Assembly: GCA_019307745.1 (NCBI GenBank)
Contig: JAFDJA010000006.1
Span: 701-64,700 of the forward strand
DNA: 64,000 bases
Direction of reading: 5' to 3'
DNA from: Deltaproteobacteria bacterium
GTDB taxonomy: Bacteria; Desulfobacterota; DSM-4660; Desulfatiglandales; HGW-15
The position numbers and the translations under genes are program-made. Shown in pieces: positions 27,069 through 35,968 of the stretch. The notes under the pieces were generated by a model. It was given only the letters and a program-made list of their open reading frames with translations. It made no database searches and had not been told where the DNA came from. How positions within the stretch are numbered: position 1 is the stretch's first letter; each line of letters begins with the position of its first letter.

Positions 27069-27964
27069 CGAGTACCAATCAATCACAAGTACAAGTAACT
27101 TTCTGGGGAACCCGCGGCTCAATTTCTACTCCGGGACGACTCACAGAGAAATATGGCGGCAATACTCCTTGTGTATCTGTCCATTACGAAGATACGTCTA
27201 TTATTTTTGATGCCGGAACGGGTATTCGTAATTTAGGCCTTAAGCTTATTGAAGAATCTCGTAATCGTGAGGACCAACCTTACTATAATCTATTCCTCAG
27301 CCATACCCATTGGGACCATATTCAAGGATTACCATTTTTTGAACCGGTTTACACTAAAGACACTAACCTGAACATTTATGGAAGCCCCAGAAAAAGAAAC
27401 TTCCTCACTTCCGTACTAAAAGGTCAAATGGACTATGAGTATTTCCCTGTTGAAATGTCAGAGGTTGCCGGGAATATTACTATACATGAGATATCTGAGG
27501 AGACTATAAATCTGGGCTCAGGCATTATCGACTGGAGTGAACAGATCTATCATCCAGGGGGTTCTGTGAGTTATCGGCTAAAAATTAACGGAAAAACAAT
27601 TGTTTACGCCACAGATGTGGAACTGGACCATATGTTCAATTCGAAATCAAAGGGACAAAACAGGGAGGCAGCGGCAAAAGGCTATGAGGAATTCATAGAA
27701 GGTGCCGACCTTTTGATCGCTGACGGCCAGTACACAGAGGAGGAGTATCAACAAAAAATTGGATGGGGACATACATCTATTCCTGTCCTTCTTAATGTTG
27801 CCTATCAATCTCGAGTTAAACAACTTGCGGTTTTTCATCATGACCCTCAACACTCTGATAAACTCCTAGACGAGTTGTGGATAAAAAACAGGGGCGACTA
27901 TTGTTCTGAAGATAGTAAAATGAATATTTTTTGGGCAAGAGAAGGCATGACATTGGCAATATAA
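27065..27964 (+). CDS. MBL-fold metallo-hydrolase
   Basis: FWGTRGSISTPG...YGGNTPCV and the HTHWDHIQG metal-binding motif. It overlaps the FHA gene stop by 4 nt (ATGA). Confidence 0.8.
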   Translation: MTSTNQSQVQVTFWGTRGSISTPGRLTEKYGGNTPCVSVHYEDTSIIFDAGTGIRNLGLKLIEESRNREDQPYYNLFLSHTHWDHIQGLPFFEPVYTKDTNLNIYGSPRKRNFLTSVLKGQMDYEYFPVEMSEVAGNITIHEISEETINLGSGIIDWSEQIYHPGGSVSYRLKINGKTIVYATDVELDHMFNSKSKGQNREAAAKGYEEFIEGADLLIADGQYTEEEYQQKIGWGHTSIPVLLNVAYQSRVKQLAVFHHDPQHSDKLLDELWIKNRGDYCSEDSKMNIFWAREGMTLAI

Positions 27965-28426
27965 TCGGGTGTGCCGCCTTCCTTAATTCTATTTATCAGC
28001 CAAATTAAAAATCTCAATATAGATACCCCCGGGTAAACCCGGGGTCCTTACTGCTACGGTTCTCGAAGAACCGACCTCACCTCTGCTGGCGCAGAGACGA
28101 GGAAGAAGCTCATTCATCCACGGGTAAACCCGCTGTTTCAACTTCCTCACGGATACTTCTATTTCCGACCACTTGAGCAGGGTTGCACAAACCCCTGCAA
28201 TACATTGATCCTGATCTTTTATTTATCACTCCATTCATTGTCCAGCCAATCCAAATATACCTAACAAAAGTGACCAAAAATAATGCAGGAAAAGTGTGTA
28301 AACTTGTACCCATGTGGAAATATTTTACACAGTTTATTGGTAATGATTTACATACTCAATCGTGTGTTGGAATTTGTTTCGGGGATAACTGTCTGAAATT
28401 CAAATAATATTTATTGTACCACAATG

Positions 28427-28442
28427 TGGCACAGGAATTGCT
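28427..28442 (+). promoter_or_regulatory. Sigma-54 (-24/-12) promoter candidate upstream of the PEP-CTERM protein gene
   Basis: TGGCACaggaaTTGCT matches the consensus TGGCAC-N5-TTGCW exactly. It lies ~240 nt upstream of the ATG at 28680. Confidence 0.6.
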
Positions 28443-28679
28443 TTTCTTTGATGTACCACAAGGTGGCATGCCACAAAGTGGCAGGAAGATTATTTTTACA
28501 TAATAGCTCAATGGTTACCCAACTTTGATCTAAATCTTAAGGAGGATTTCGATGTGAGTTATAAAAATAAATCAACATATAATCCCTGACTGAATGAAAT
28601 CAGTTCAATAAGGGTCTCCATTTTTGATGGTTTTATTGAATGTTAACCTATAACTATAAATGAAAAAGGAGGGACTAAA

Positions 28680-29624
28680 ATGAAAAAATTTTTAGTGTTG
28701 ATGTGCGGGATGTTATTCATATTGGGTGCAGCAAGTTCAGTAAGTGCGGCGCCAATAATAATGGAAGGTGATTATGTGAGGACGGCAGTGAGTGATGACG
28801 GTACTCTGGGCTATGGAGGTTATACTGAGCCCGGCATCAAACATGACCCCACAGGGACTGGCACATTTCCGGTTGACGATTACCTGACTCCAGGCACACC
28901 ATGGGAGATATTCAGCGTCGAATCTGACCAGACAGGTCTAAGGTATAATAATAATTCAGGTTATGATTATATCTCAACTTCTAGCGCACCGGTTGATGGG
29001 AGCGCCACTTCCATCTATGATAACTTTGTATCGTGGGAAGGAGCATTAAGCGGATATTTCACAATAGCCACAGACACCTATTTTATGGATGGTGATGAAA
29101 GAATCAACATGTCTACCACTATCACAGCAGAACAAGACCTTACAAATCTGAATTTTTTAAGGTCTCTGGACCCTGACCCGGACGTTTATACTTATAGCTC
29201 TTATTACACGGTAAACGGACGAGGGTATGATGCAAACACAGACGGGGATTTTGATGATCCGGGCGATTTGGCACCTGAGGACTGGGTACACGCAGAAGGA
29301 ACATCGACCGGTCTGACAATCGGGCTTTACTCGGATTCGGATGTTACCCATAATACTGGCATTAGTAGTGGGTGGTCAAGTGATCCGGATTTCTATCTTG
29401 CCGGAACAGATAATGGAAATGGCGACTATACCATTGGAATCGCCTTTGATATTGGTACTCTTGGTATAGGCGAATCTGTTGCCATAGATTATGCCTATAT
29501 CATGGGTGATAGTCTGGCTACAGTCGATATACCCGGCGACCCTGTGCCCGAACCTGCCACCATGCTGCTTCTTGGTTCCGGCTTAATGGGTCTTGCGGGA
29601 TTCAGAAGGAAGTTTAAGAAATAA
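28680..29624 (+). CDS. PEP-CTERM sorting domain-containing secreted protein
   Basis: Signal peptide, an Asp/Gly/Thr/Tyr-rich body, and a C-terminal VPEPATMLLLGSGLMGLAGFRRKFKK (PEP motif + TM + basic tail). AAGGAGGG lies upstream. Confidence 0.85.
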   Translation: MKKFLVLMCGMLFILGAASSVSAAPIIMEGDYVRTAVSDDGTLGYGGYTEPGIKHDPTGTGTFPVDDYLTPGTPWEIFSVESDQTGLRYNNNSGYDYISTSSAPVDGSATSIYDNFVSWEGALSGYFTIATDTYFMDGDERINMSTTITAEQDLTNLNFLRSLDPDPDVYTYSSYYTVNGRGYDANTDGDFDDPGDLAPEDWVHAEGTSTGLTIGLYSDSDVTHNTGISSGWSSDPDFYLAGTDNGNGDYTIGIAFDIGTLGIGESVAIDYAYIMGDSLATVDIPGDPVPEPATMLLLGSGLMGLAGFRRKFKK

Positions 29625-29650
29625 TCAGTATTAATCATGAAGTTTTTTAA

Positions 29651-29681
29651 GGCAGGGTCAGAAATGGCCCTGCTTTTTTTT
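29651..29681 (+). terminator. Rho-independent terminator
   Basis: GCAGGG-N10-CCCTGC followed by T8, 27 nt after the PEP-CTERM gene stop. Confidence 0.7.
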
Positions 29682-29720
29682 ATGGATACTCTATATCCCC
29701 TATAATTTATGCAAATTTTA

Positions 29721-29853
29721 GTTTTAACTTGACTTATATGAATATGGTTCGGTAAATTTAAATTAGAATATGTAAGGTCTAATGGGTTTTATTCTTGGGG
29801 TGTTGTTGAGGTTTTGATTAAAAAATTAAGGGATTAAAGCCATAATCAAAGGG
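29721..29853 (+). repeat. Promoter/leader module, copy B (contains both the 21.3-kb-like and the 23.7-kb-like segments)
   Basis: 29721-29820 is homologous to 21275-21370 (TTGACT-N18-TAAATT, TGTAAGGT). 29825-29853 is homologous to 23709-23737. Confidence 0.7.
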
Positions 29854-29860
29854 ATAAGAG

Positions 29861-30565
29861 TTGAAGCTCTCAGTTGATTACAGAGGCACACCTTTTTTAG
29901 AAACAAGCCGGGTTTACGCAACTGTAGACCGACTGAACTACGTTTGCGAAATGCTCCTTACGCGGAATCTCCATGCCATACGCGATAAAAACATCCTGGA
30001 CATAGCAAGCCATGATGGCACGTATTCATACGCATGTTTACAATTGGGAGCTAAATACGTTGTGGGTGTCGAGCCAAGGTCTCATCTGGTTCACGACGCT
30101 ATTGAAAATTTGACATCTTTAGGTCATAAAACCTCTGAGTTTACCTTTATTGAAGATGATATTTTTAACTACTTACCTGCAATTGAACCCGGGCAGTTCG
30201 ATACAATTCTTTGCTTTGGCTTTTTTTACCACACAACCAGACAAACCGAACTCTTAGCACAGATACACAGGATTAAACCAAAATATTTTATACTTTCCAC
30301 CCGCATAGAAAATCTTAAATTACCTAGATCGAAGTTACAGGGGATTAATAGATGGGAATGCCGGGAAACGGCAGGATTCATGGCCTTTTATTACGAGAAT
30401 CCCAGGCAAGATATGGCAACTATTGAACCTACCGGATTAACCGGCACGCCAAGTAAATCCCTTGTTGAAGCACTGCTAAAGGATCACGGATTTAAATTCA
30501 AACAACTATCCTGGAATCGAGCAGACGGTGTTTCCTATTTAGCGGAAATTGACACCCGTATCTGA
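29861..30565 (+). CDS. Class I SAM-dependent methyltransferase (putative)
   Basis: 234 aa with a TTG start. Rossmann-like block ILDIASHDGTYSYACLQLGAKYVVGVEPR and a downstream FDTILCFGFFYH. Confidence 0.6.
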   Translation: MKLSVDYRGTPFLETSRVYATVDRLNYVCEMLLTRNLHAIRDKNILDIASHDGTYSYACLQLGAKYVVGVEPRSHLVHDAIENLTSLGHKTSEFTFIEDDIFNYLPAIEPGQFDTILCFGFFYHTTRQTELLAQIHRIKPKYFILSTRIENLKLPRSKLQGINRWECRETAGFMAFYYENPRQDMATIEPTGLTGTPSKSLVEALLKDHGFKFKQLSWNRADGVSYLAEIDTRI

Positions 30566-30797
30566 ATGTGGACAGGGGCGGTGCCGCTTCCTCCCGTACT
30601 CGTGTCAGAAGGTGGTAATGGCCGGTTCCTAAGGATTGTAACATAGCTCACATTGTGAACGCTTCAAAAAACACATGAAATGCTGCTCGCAGAGTCATGA
30701 CTGTTCTGTAGGGATAACGCCGCATTCTTTAAATAACCAGGTTTTGATGTGAGTAATCAGTACGTATTTTAATTGTTTAAAAGAGGAGAGATATACC

Positions 30798-32429
30798 ATG
30801 AAAAAATCTTTCATTATACAGGTTGTCACGATGTTCCTTGCAATAACTTTAAGTACCGCTTATGCCTATGAGGCTATAAATGGGCCGACGGAGGTTATCT
30901 ATTTTGACAAGTCGAAAGCTTATAACGGATATACTCTGTTTTCACCCAGACCGGTCTCTTTCACCTACCTGATTGACATGGAGGGAAATGTTATTAATAC
31001 ATGGCAGGCTATGGAAAATCCACGATTGCTGGAGAACGAGCACCTTTTTGGTAATTCTCGCAAGGATTCTTACAAAGGTCTCACGGAATTGGACTGGGAT
31101 AGTAATGTTGTATGGGAATATTATGAAAAGAGAAGGGGCTACAATCCGCATCATGACCACATGCGAATTTTTAATAAAAAACTCAAGGCATATACTAACT
31201 TATACATCGCGAATGTATCTTTGACTCATGAGCAATGCATTGCCGCAGGATGTGATCCGAATGCCGTCAAAAGTTATGACAGGTCACAAATGGATGCCAT
31301 AGTTGAAGTAGATATGGACGGTAATATCGTATGGGAATGGTGGTTTTTTGATCATGTAGTTCAGGATATTGACCCAACAAAGGCTAACTACGGCGCCATA
31401 GCAACCAACCCCGGTAAAATTAACCTTAACTATGGCAGAGCAGTACAGAGAGACTGGCTCCACCTCAATGCCATGGATTATAATGAAGAGCTGGATCTTA
31501 TTGTTACTGACGCTAACAGGATGCACGAACTCTACGTAATCGACCATGGAAACACCTTTATTCCCGGTGATTCTAAAGGCAGCATCAAATTAGCAGCGAG
31601 TTCCAAGGGCGATTTTCTATATCGTTTCGGGAATCCCGCCATATATAATCAAGGCGAATTTCCATCTGTTTTAAAAGACCCATATTACATATCAACCGGC
31701 ACCATGCAAATGGGCGGTAACCATAATGTTCAGTGGATCAGACCCGGTCTTCCCGGGGCTGGAAATTTTCTGATTTTTAATAACGGCACCAGAGTTTATA
31801 TGGAGACACCACAGTCTTCAGTGCTGGAAATAAATCCATATCTTGATATCAATAAGAAAAATACCGGGCATTATGTAAATCCACCTGACGCAGGTTATTA
31901 TTGGACAGAGGGAATAAAAAAGGGCAGCGGTAAGCCTCGAAGAAAAATTTCCAACCAAATCGTATGGAGTTATGAAACCAAAAGCGACCAGAGTTTTACC
32001 AGCCTCATGATGGGGAGCGTTCAGCGTTTGCCCAATGGGAATACCCTTGTCTGCTCCAGTTCATGGGGGCATCTGTTTGAAGTAACTTATGAGGGCGAAG
32101 TAGTATGGGAATACATAATCCCTGTCACGGAAGACGGAATTCTAAAGACTATTGGAGACACCGGACCGATGTATAACGCGGCCTTCAGATGTTATCGTTA
32201 CGGTCCTGACTATCCGGGATTGAAAGGAAAAGATTTAACGCCAAAGGGAAAGATCACAGAGTCAGCCTCAGAAGGAAAGATTGAACAGTTTAATGCTCAA
32301 AAAGGAAGAAAGGCAAAGGGGAAAAAAGGCAAAGGCAGAGATCAGAAAGGAGGCCAGAAAGCCAGCTCATACGGGAAAAGACAGCCGCAAGGCGATGAAC
32401 CCAAGGAAGATGCATTTCTCCCTTACTGA
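30798..32429 (+). CDS. Arylsulfotransferase (ASST)-family beta-propeller protein with Lys/Gly-rich C-terminal tail
   Basis: Signal peptide. HHDH, DWLHLNAMDY, VIDHGNTF, GNHNVQWI and LPNGNTLVCSS blocks resemble ASST-family proteins. GAGGAG lies upstream. Confidence 0.6.
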   Translation: MKKSFIIQVVTMFLAITLSTAYAYEAINGPTEVIYFDKSKAYNGYTLFSPRPVSFTYLIDMEGNVINTWQAMENPRLLENEHLFGNSRKDSYKGLTELDWDSNVVWEYYEKRRGYNPHHDHMRIFNKKLKAYTNLYIANVSLTHEQCIAAGCDPNAVKSYDRSQMDAIVEVDMDGNIVWEWWFFDHVVQDIDPTKANYGAIATNPGKINLNYGRAVQRDWLHLNAMDYNEELDLIVTDANRMHELYVIDHGNTFIPGDSKGSIKLAASSKGDFLYRFGNPAIYNQGEFPSVLKDPYYISTGTMQMGGNHNVQWIRPGLPGAGNFLIFNNGTRVYMETPQSSVLEINPYLDINKKNTGHYVNPPDAGYYWTEGIKKGSGKPRRKISNQIVWSYETKSDQSFTSLMMGSVQRLPNGNTLVCSSSWGHLFEVTYEGEVVWEYIIPVTEDGILKTIGDTGPMYNAAFRCYRYGPDYPGLKGKDLTPKGKITESASEGKIEQFNAQKGRKAKGKKGKGRDQKGGQKASSYGKRQPQGDEPKEDAFLPY

Positions 32430-33432
32430 TAGCCTGGGTTATCTGAAGGCCCACAAAGAGACAGCCGAATTGTACATAAAAGAATGAATAACATATTACT
32501 GCATGGTTTTGCCGGACCTTACACAGATCCGCTTTGGATATTTATACGGGCAGTGCTCTCCTTTATGAATCCCAGGGTCCTAAAGGCAAACTTACCCCAC
32601 CGGAACATCTATTATCCCTTTTTTTCTGGCTTTGTCCAGAGATTCTACAAGGCGGTCGATTGAGTCGTACGAGCCCTCCTCAGGGTTTCTATTTGTCTAA
32701 TTTTGAAATCCTGTTTTTCCGGTAATATATCTTCCACCTGGTCCTTACACGTATCCAGTGTCTGCATTTCCGCTTTGTCATTGAGATTTTGCCTGTAAGA
32801 TCAAAGACCACATACTCTTGAACAAAATCATCCCCGAAAACCATGGCCCTCCTGGCCAGATAAAAATCTGAAAAAAACAAACCACGTCCGAAATGACCGC
32901 TCTCAGAGGTTCTCAGACTGCATGACCTTGGGGTCCGATTTCTGTATAAAAAAAGCTCTAAATCTCTAATGAAATTAGAGTCCAGGAAGGGACAACTTCC
33001 CTGCTTTAACGGGCATTTCAGTCGTGTGTTATAATCGCATATGTGCATATCTCCTGTCATGGCCCTAATAATAAATAAAGGGTTTTTTGAAAGCAAACCA
33101 GTGTGATACCCCCTACAGGGGGTAAATATAAGAAATGAGCGGAAAATATAAGAAAAGAGAACAAAAGAGCAGTAACTGCAAATAATTTTATTTATTCAGT
33201 ATTCAGCATTTGATTCAGGCAGGTGTAACTTGCGGTTCACTCGGTGCAGGGGCTTTTACAAACCCGTCTGAATGCCAAAATATTGATTAATCCCCAATAT
33301 TATAAAAGCGGTCCGGCCCCTGCTACAAAATGAAACAGCATGATCAGATTGTATGCCTATTCCATGATGAGCATCCTTGTTTCCATCCTTTTATTTAATA
33401 TTGAAATCAATACACTTAAATAAAATTTCTAT

Positions 33433-33630
33433 TCAATTGGGATATTTATTGCGCTCTATCATTTTCTCTTCCAGATATGCCTTAAGCTTTGATGGGAATA
33501 TAGCGACCATGGAGCCGACGTAGAATATTGGCACACGTCTCTGCTTCAGCGTACTCTGTGCCGTCTTAACGCATACTCCCAGATGATTTGCAATGCTCTT
33601 CCATGTCACAAGTGGTTTTTCCTGGATCAT
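33433..33630 (-). CDS. Excisionase/AlpA-like helix-turn-helix DNA-binding protein
   Basis: 65 aa. WKSIANHLGVCVKTAQSTLKQRRVPIFYVG fits the MerR-superfamily excisionase HTH pattern. GAGGAG lies upstream. Confidence 0.55.
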   Translation of the reverse strand: MIQEKPLVTWKSIANHLGVCVKTAQSTLKQRRVPIFYVGSMVAIFPSKLKAYLEEKMIERNKYPN

Positions 33631-33648
33631 GTTCTTTTCAGCTCCTCT

Positions 33649-34086
33649 CTATTTTGTGAAGTTAATCAGCCAGCTCAGCGAATGCATATCAATCACGGAA
33701 ATATCCTCAGGAAGACAAGACACTGGAAAATCTATCTTCTCAACATGCAGGCTTGTTTTCTGCTCCAGCAGCTCTACAATGCCCGGATCCGTCATCAAAA
33801 GCCCCTTGCGCTCACACGCAGGCAATTTGTTCTGTTCTGCCTCATGCGCCTTGATCAGCTCATCCTTGATCTTGAAAAAGGCCGCTGTGTCAGGGTGTGT
33901 CTCAATGGCCCCAGTAAGCCTAAAAAGGTTCAGTTTGGCTTTTGCTGAGCCAGGGATTGTTAGCCTGGCGGCCTTCAGACTTGCCATGGCCCGGTTCCTC
34001 GCGTAGGCCTCGATCATGGCATTGGTGGTAAAGGCCACAATTTCCTTATCCTGCCTTGGTTTTGACTTCCTGAATTTATTTCTCAT
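33649..34086 (-). CDS. Hypothetical protein (mobile-element context)
   Basis: Start chosen at MRNKFRKSK, with AAGGAGGGA upstream. No recognisable domain. Confidence 0.5.
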   Translation of the reverse strand: MRNKFRKSKPRQDKEIVAFTTNAMIEAYARNRAMASLKAARLTIPGSAKAKLNLFRLTGAIETHPDTAAFFKIKDELIKAHEAEQNKLPACERKGLLMTDPGIVELLEQKTSLHVEKIDFPVSCLPEDISVIDMHSLSWLINFTK

Positions 34087-34405
34087 TCGAGCTTCCCTCC
34101 TTAATAATTTTTTTATGCCCGACAGGCATATTAAGCTTGACAAATCAAGCAAAAAATAAGATCTTTTTAGCTATATTGTCCCTGATGCAGCAAAAATCAA
34201 GGTCAAGGTCCTGGATGTTTTAAAGTGCTTCTCCAGGGGAATAATTTCACTGTTATGATATTTTGAGATATTGAACTGATCCCTGCCAATGCCTTGACAA
34301 GCAGGCTTTGGATATCCCCTGGTTTCTTTCGTGTGAGTTTTACATATGTCCGGACATTTATAAAATATTCATTTAAATCATTTTCATATTCCTGTCAAGA
34401 ATATT

Positions 34406-34819
34406 ATGAGATATAATGCCGCAAAAATAAAAAAAGTTCGGGAACGCTTAAGATTAAAGCAGGCAGACCTGGCAGATATGACGGGCGAAACGCAGGGTAA
34501 TGTTTCCAAAAAAGAAAGTGGTGAAGCTGTTACCACTGATCAGCTACAAAAAATCGCTGACAAGTTAAAGGTTGACCTTTCAGAGTTCTATGACTTTGAC
34601 GGGACCGAAAACATTGAATCAGACGGCATTATGGACGAGGAGAGATCTCTGGTTTTAGCCCTGAGAAAACTTGACAAGTTCAGACAAAGGGCCGTGTATC
34701 TATATGTCAATACGATAATAAATGAGGAAATCGCGGATAAAAAGGTAAAAAAAGACAAAAAAACAAAAAAGCTGTTGGAAACCGCCTTTAAAAAAGTAGC
34801 CAACCTTGCAGGGAGATGA
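34406..34819 (+). CDS. XRE family helix-turn-helix transcriptional regulator
   Basis: N-terminal IKKVRERLRLKQADLADMTGETQGNVSKKESG is a Cro/C1-type HTH. It is divergent from the 33649-34086 gene. Confidence 0.8.
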   Translation: MRYNAAKIKKVRERLRLKQADLADMTGETQGNVSKKESGEAVTTDQLQKIADKLKVDLSEFYDFDGTENIESDGIMDEERSLVLALRKLDKFRQRAVYLYVNTIINEEIADKKVKKDKKTKKLLETAFKKVANLAGR

Positions 34820-35202
34820 TGACTCGCATATTCCTGATCATGACATGCTGCCTCCTCCTTTTCGGGTGCAAAACCCTGAAGTTCAATAAAGACAATCTGC
34901 CGATACACCCTTCTCCCAGTGCCGGAAAACCAGCCGGTCTGAATATCAGCCGGGCAGACACCTTTCCGGAAGAAATAAAACATTTCCTTACCAAAAACAG
35001 GCCGCACCTCATGGGAATCTTGTCTTTGACCTGCATCCTGATACTCTACCGAATGTATATAATTGAAAAAAATAGACTCAGAGACCTGAGCTTTGAAGAG
35101 ATTTCTATTATAAAAATGGGAAAAGATGTTATGAACATGATATGGGAAAGACTAAATCCAAATAGAAAAATTTTTCAGCTTGATGATTATAGAAAAGGAT
35201 AA
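34816..35202 (+). CDS. Putative lipoprotein / membrane protein
   Basis: Lipobox-like LLLFGC near the N-terminus and one internal TM segment. The start overlaps the XRE stop (ATGATGA). Confidence 0.45.
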   Translation: MMTRIFLIMTCCLLLFGCKTLKFNKDNLPIHPSPSAGKPAGLNISRADTFPEEIKHFLTKNRPHLMGILSLTCILILYRMYIIEKNRLRDLSFEEISIIKMGKDVMNMIWERLNPNRKIFQLDDYRKG

Positions 35203-35222
35203 TCTATCAAAGGAGGCATGAG

Positions 35223-35459
35223 ATGTTGGACGCTATGGCTGCAATATCCGGTATATTAATTTTTTTAGTATCAGCTTTTTTCATTATTCTTATTATACTG
35301 GGTTTTCTGATACCTTTTTTCATTTTCCGCATTCGAAATGAAATAATAAATGTCAATAAAAACCTGGCAGAACTTATCGACCTGATGAAACATTCTCATC
35401 CTCTTGATAAGACCTTAAGAGAAAAACCAAAGGAAATAGTACGCGAATTTCCGGAATAA
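35223..35459 (+). CDS. Small membrane protein
   Basis: 78 aa with one long hydrophobic helix. AAGGAGG lies 6 nt upstream. Confidence 0.5.
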   Translation: MLDAMAAISGILIFLVSAFFIILIILGFLIPFFIFRIRNEIINVNKNLAELIDLMKHSHPLDKTLREKPKEIVREFPE

Positions 35460-35511
35460 GCTAAATAAAAGCAGAGGGGCATTAAATCCTTAGGGGTTAA
35501 ACCCTGAGAAA

Positions 35512-35685
35512 TTAAAAAATATAAAAAAAGCTTTTTACGATCTCTGCAAAAGAAAATCCAGTTGGAGCGGTTAAGATGAAAATTATAAAAATTGCTACAA
35601 TAAAAAAAAGTTGCGGTTTCACTGCCATGGGAGGTTGAAGCCTCTTTAAGAATCGCATTTCTTCTTCACTAAATTGTGTTCCCAT
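35512..35685 (-). CDS. Small membrane protein (57 aa, below the ORF-track cutoff)
   Basis: My own translation gives MGTQFSEEEMRFLKRLQPPMAVKPQLFFIVAIFIIFILTAPTGFSFAEIVKSFFYIF*. AAGGGGAAG lies 3 nt upstream of the ATG. It is convergent with 35223-35459. Confidence 0.4.
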   Translation of the reverse strand: MGTQFSEEEMRFLKRLQPPMAVKPQLFFIVAIFIIFILTAPTGFSFAEIVKSFFYIF

Positions 35686-35968
35686 CTTGCTTCCCCTTAA
35701 TAGCTAAAAAATAATATTTTTCTATATAATACAGCAAAAAATATGCCATTCAGGTGGGGCAAGATAACCAATTGAATATAAAGGTAAAATTATAATGAGG
35801 AGATTTTAAAGCTTTAAAAGGTGTGCACAATAGTGAACATAGCAGTATACTTTTAGTAAAAACATTCATAGTAAAATTAAATCAAAAGGGCCTCTCATTA
35901 AGGGAGTTGACAAGTCAAAACACGTCTTTTAGCAGAAAAAATGGAGTGAGTTTCTTTATTTCTTAAGA

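Noticed and set aside
28110-28407. Two overlapping short ORFs (67 aa minus strand, 74 aa plus strand) between the MBL gene and the PEP-CTERM promoter
   Set aside because: Neither has a ribosome-binding site or a motif. The region is better explained by the stem-loop cluster and the promoter-proximal sequence.
32689-33096. 135-aa minus-strand ORF in the 1-kb gap of the accessory block
   Set aside because: It has no ribosome-binding site and no recognisable domain. Neighbouring frames contain equally protein-like fragments (for example QNLNDKAEMQTLDTCKDQVEDILPEKQDFKI). It looks like debris of a broken gene rather than an intact CDS.
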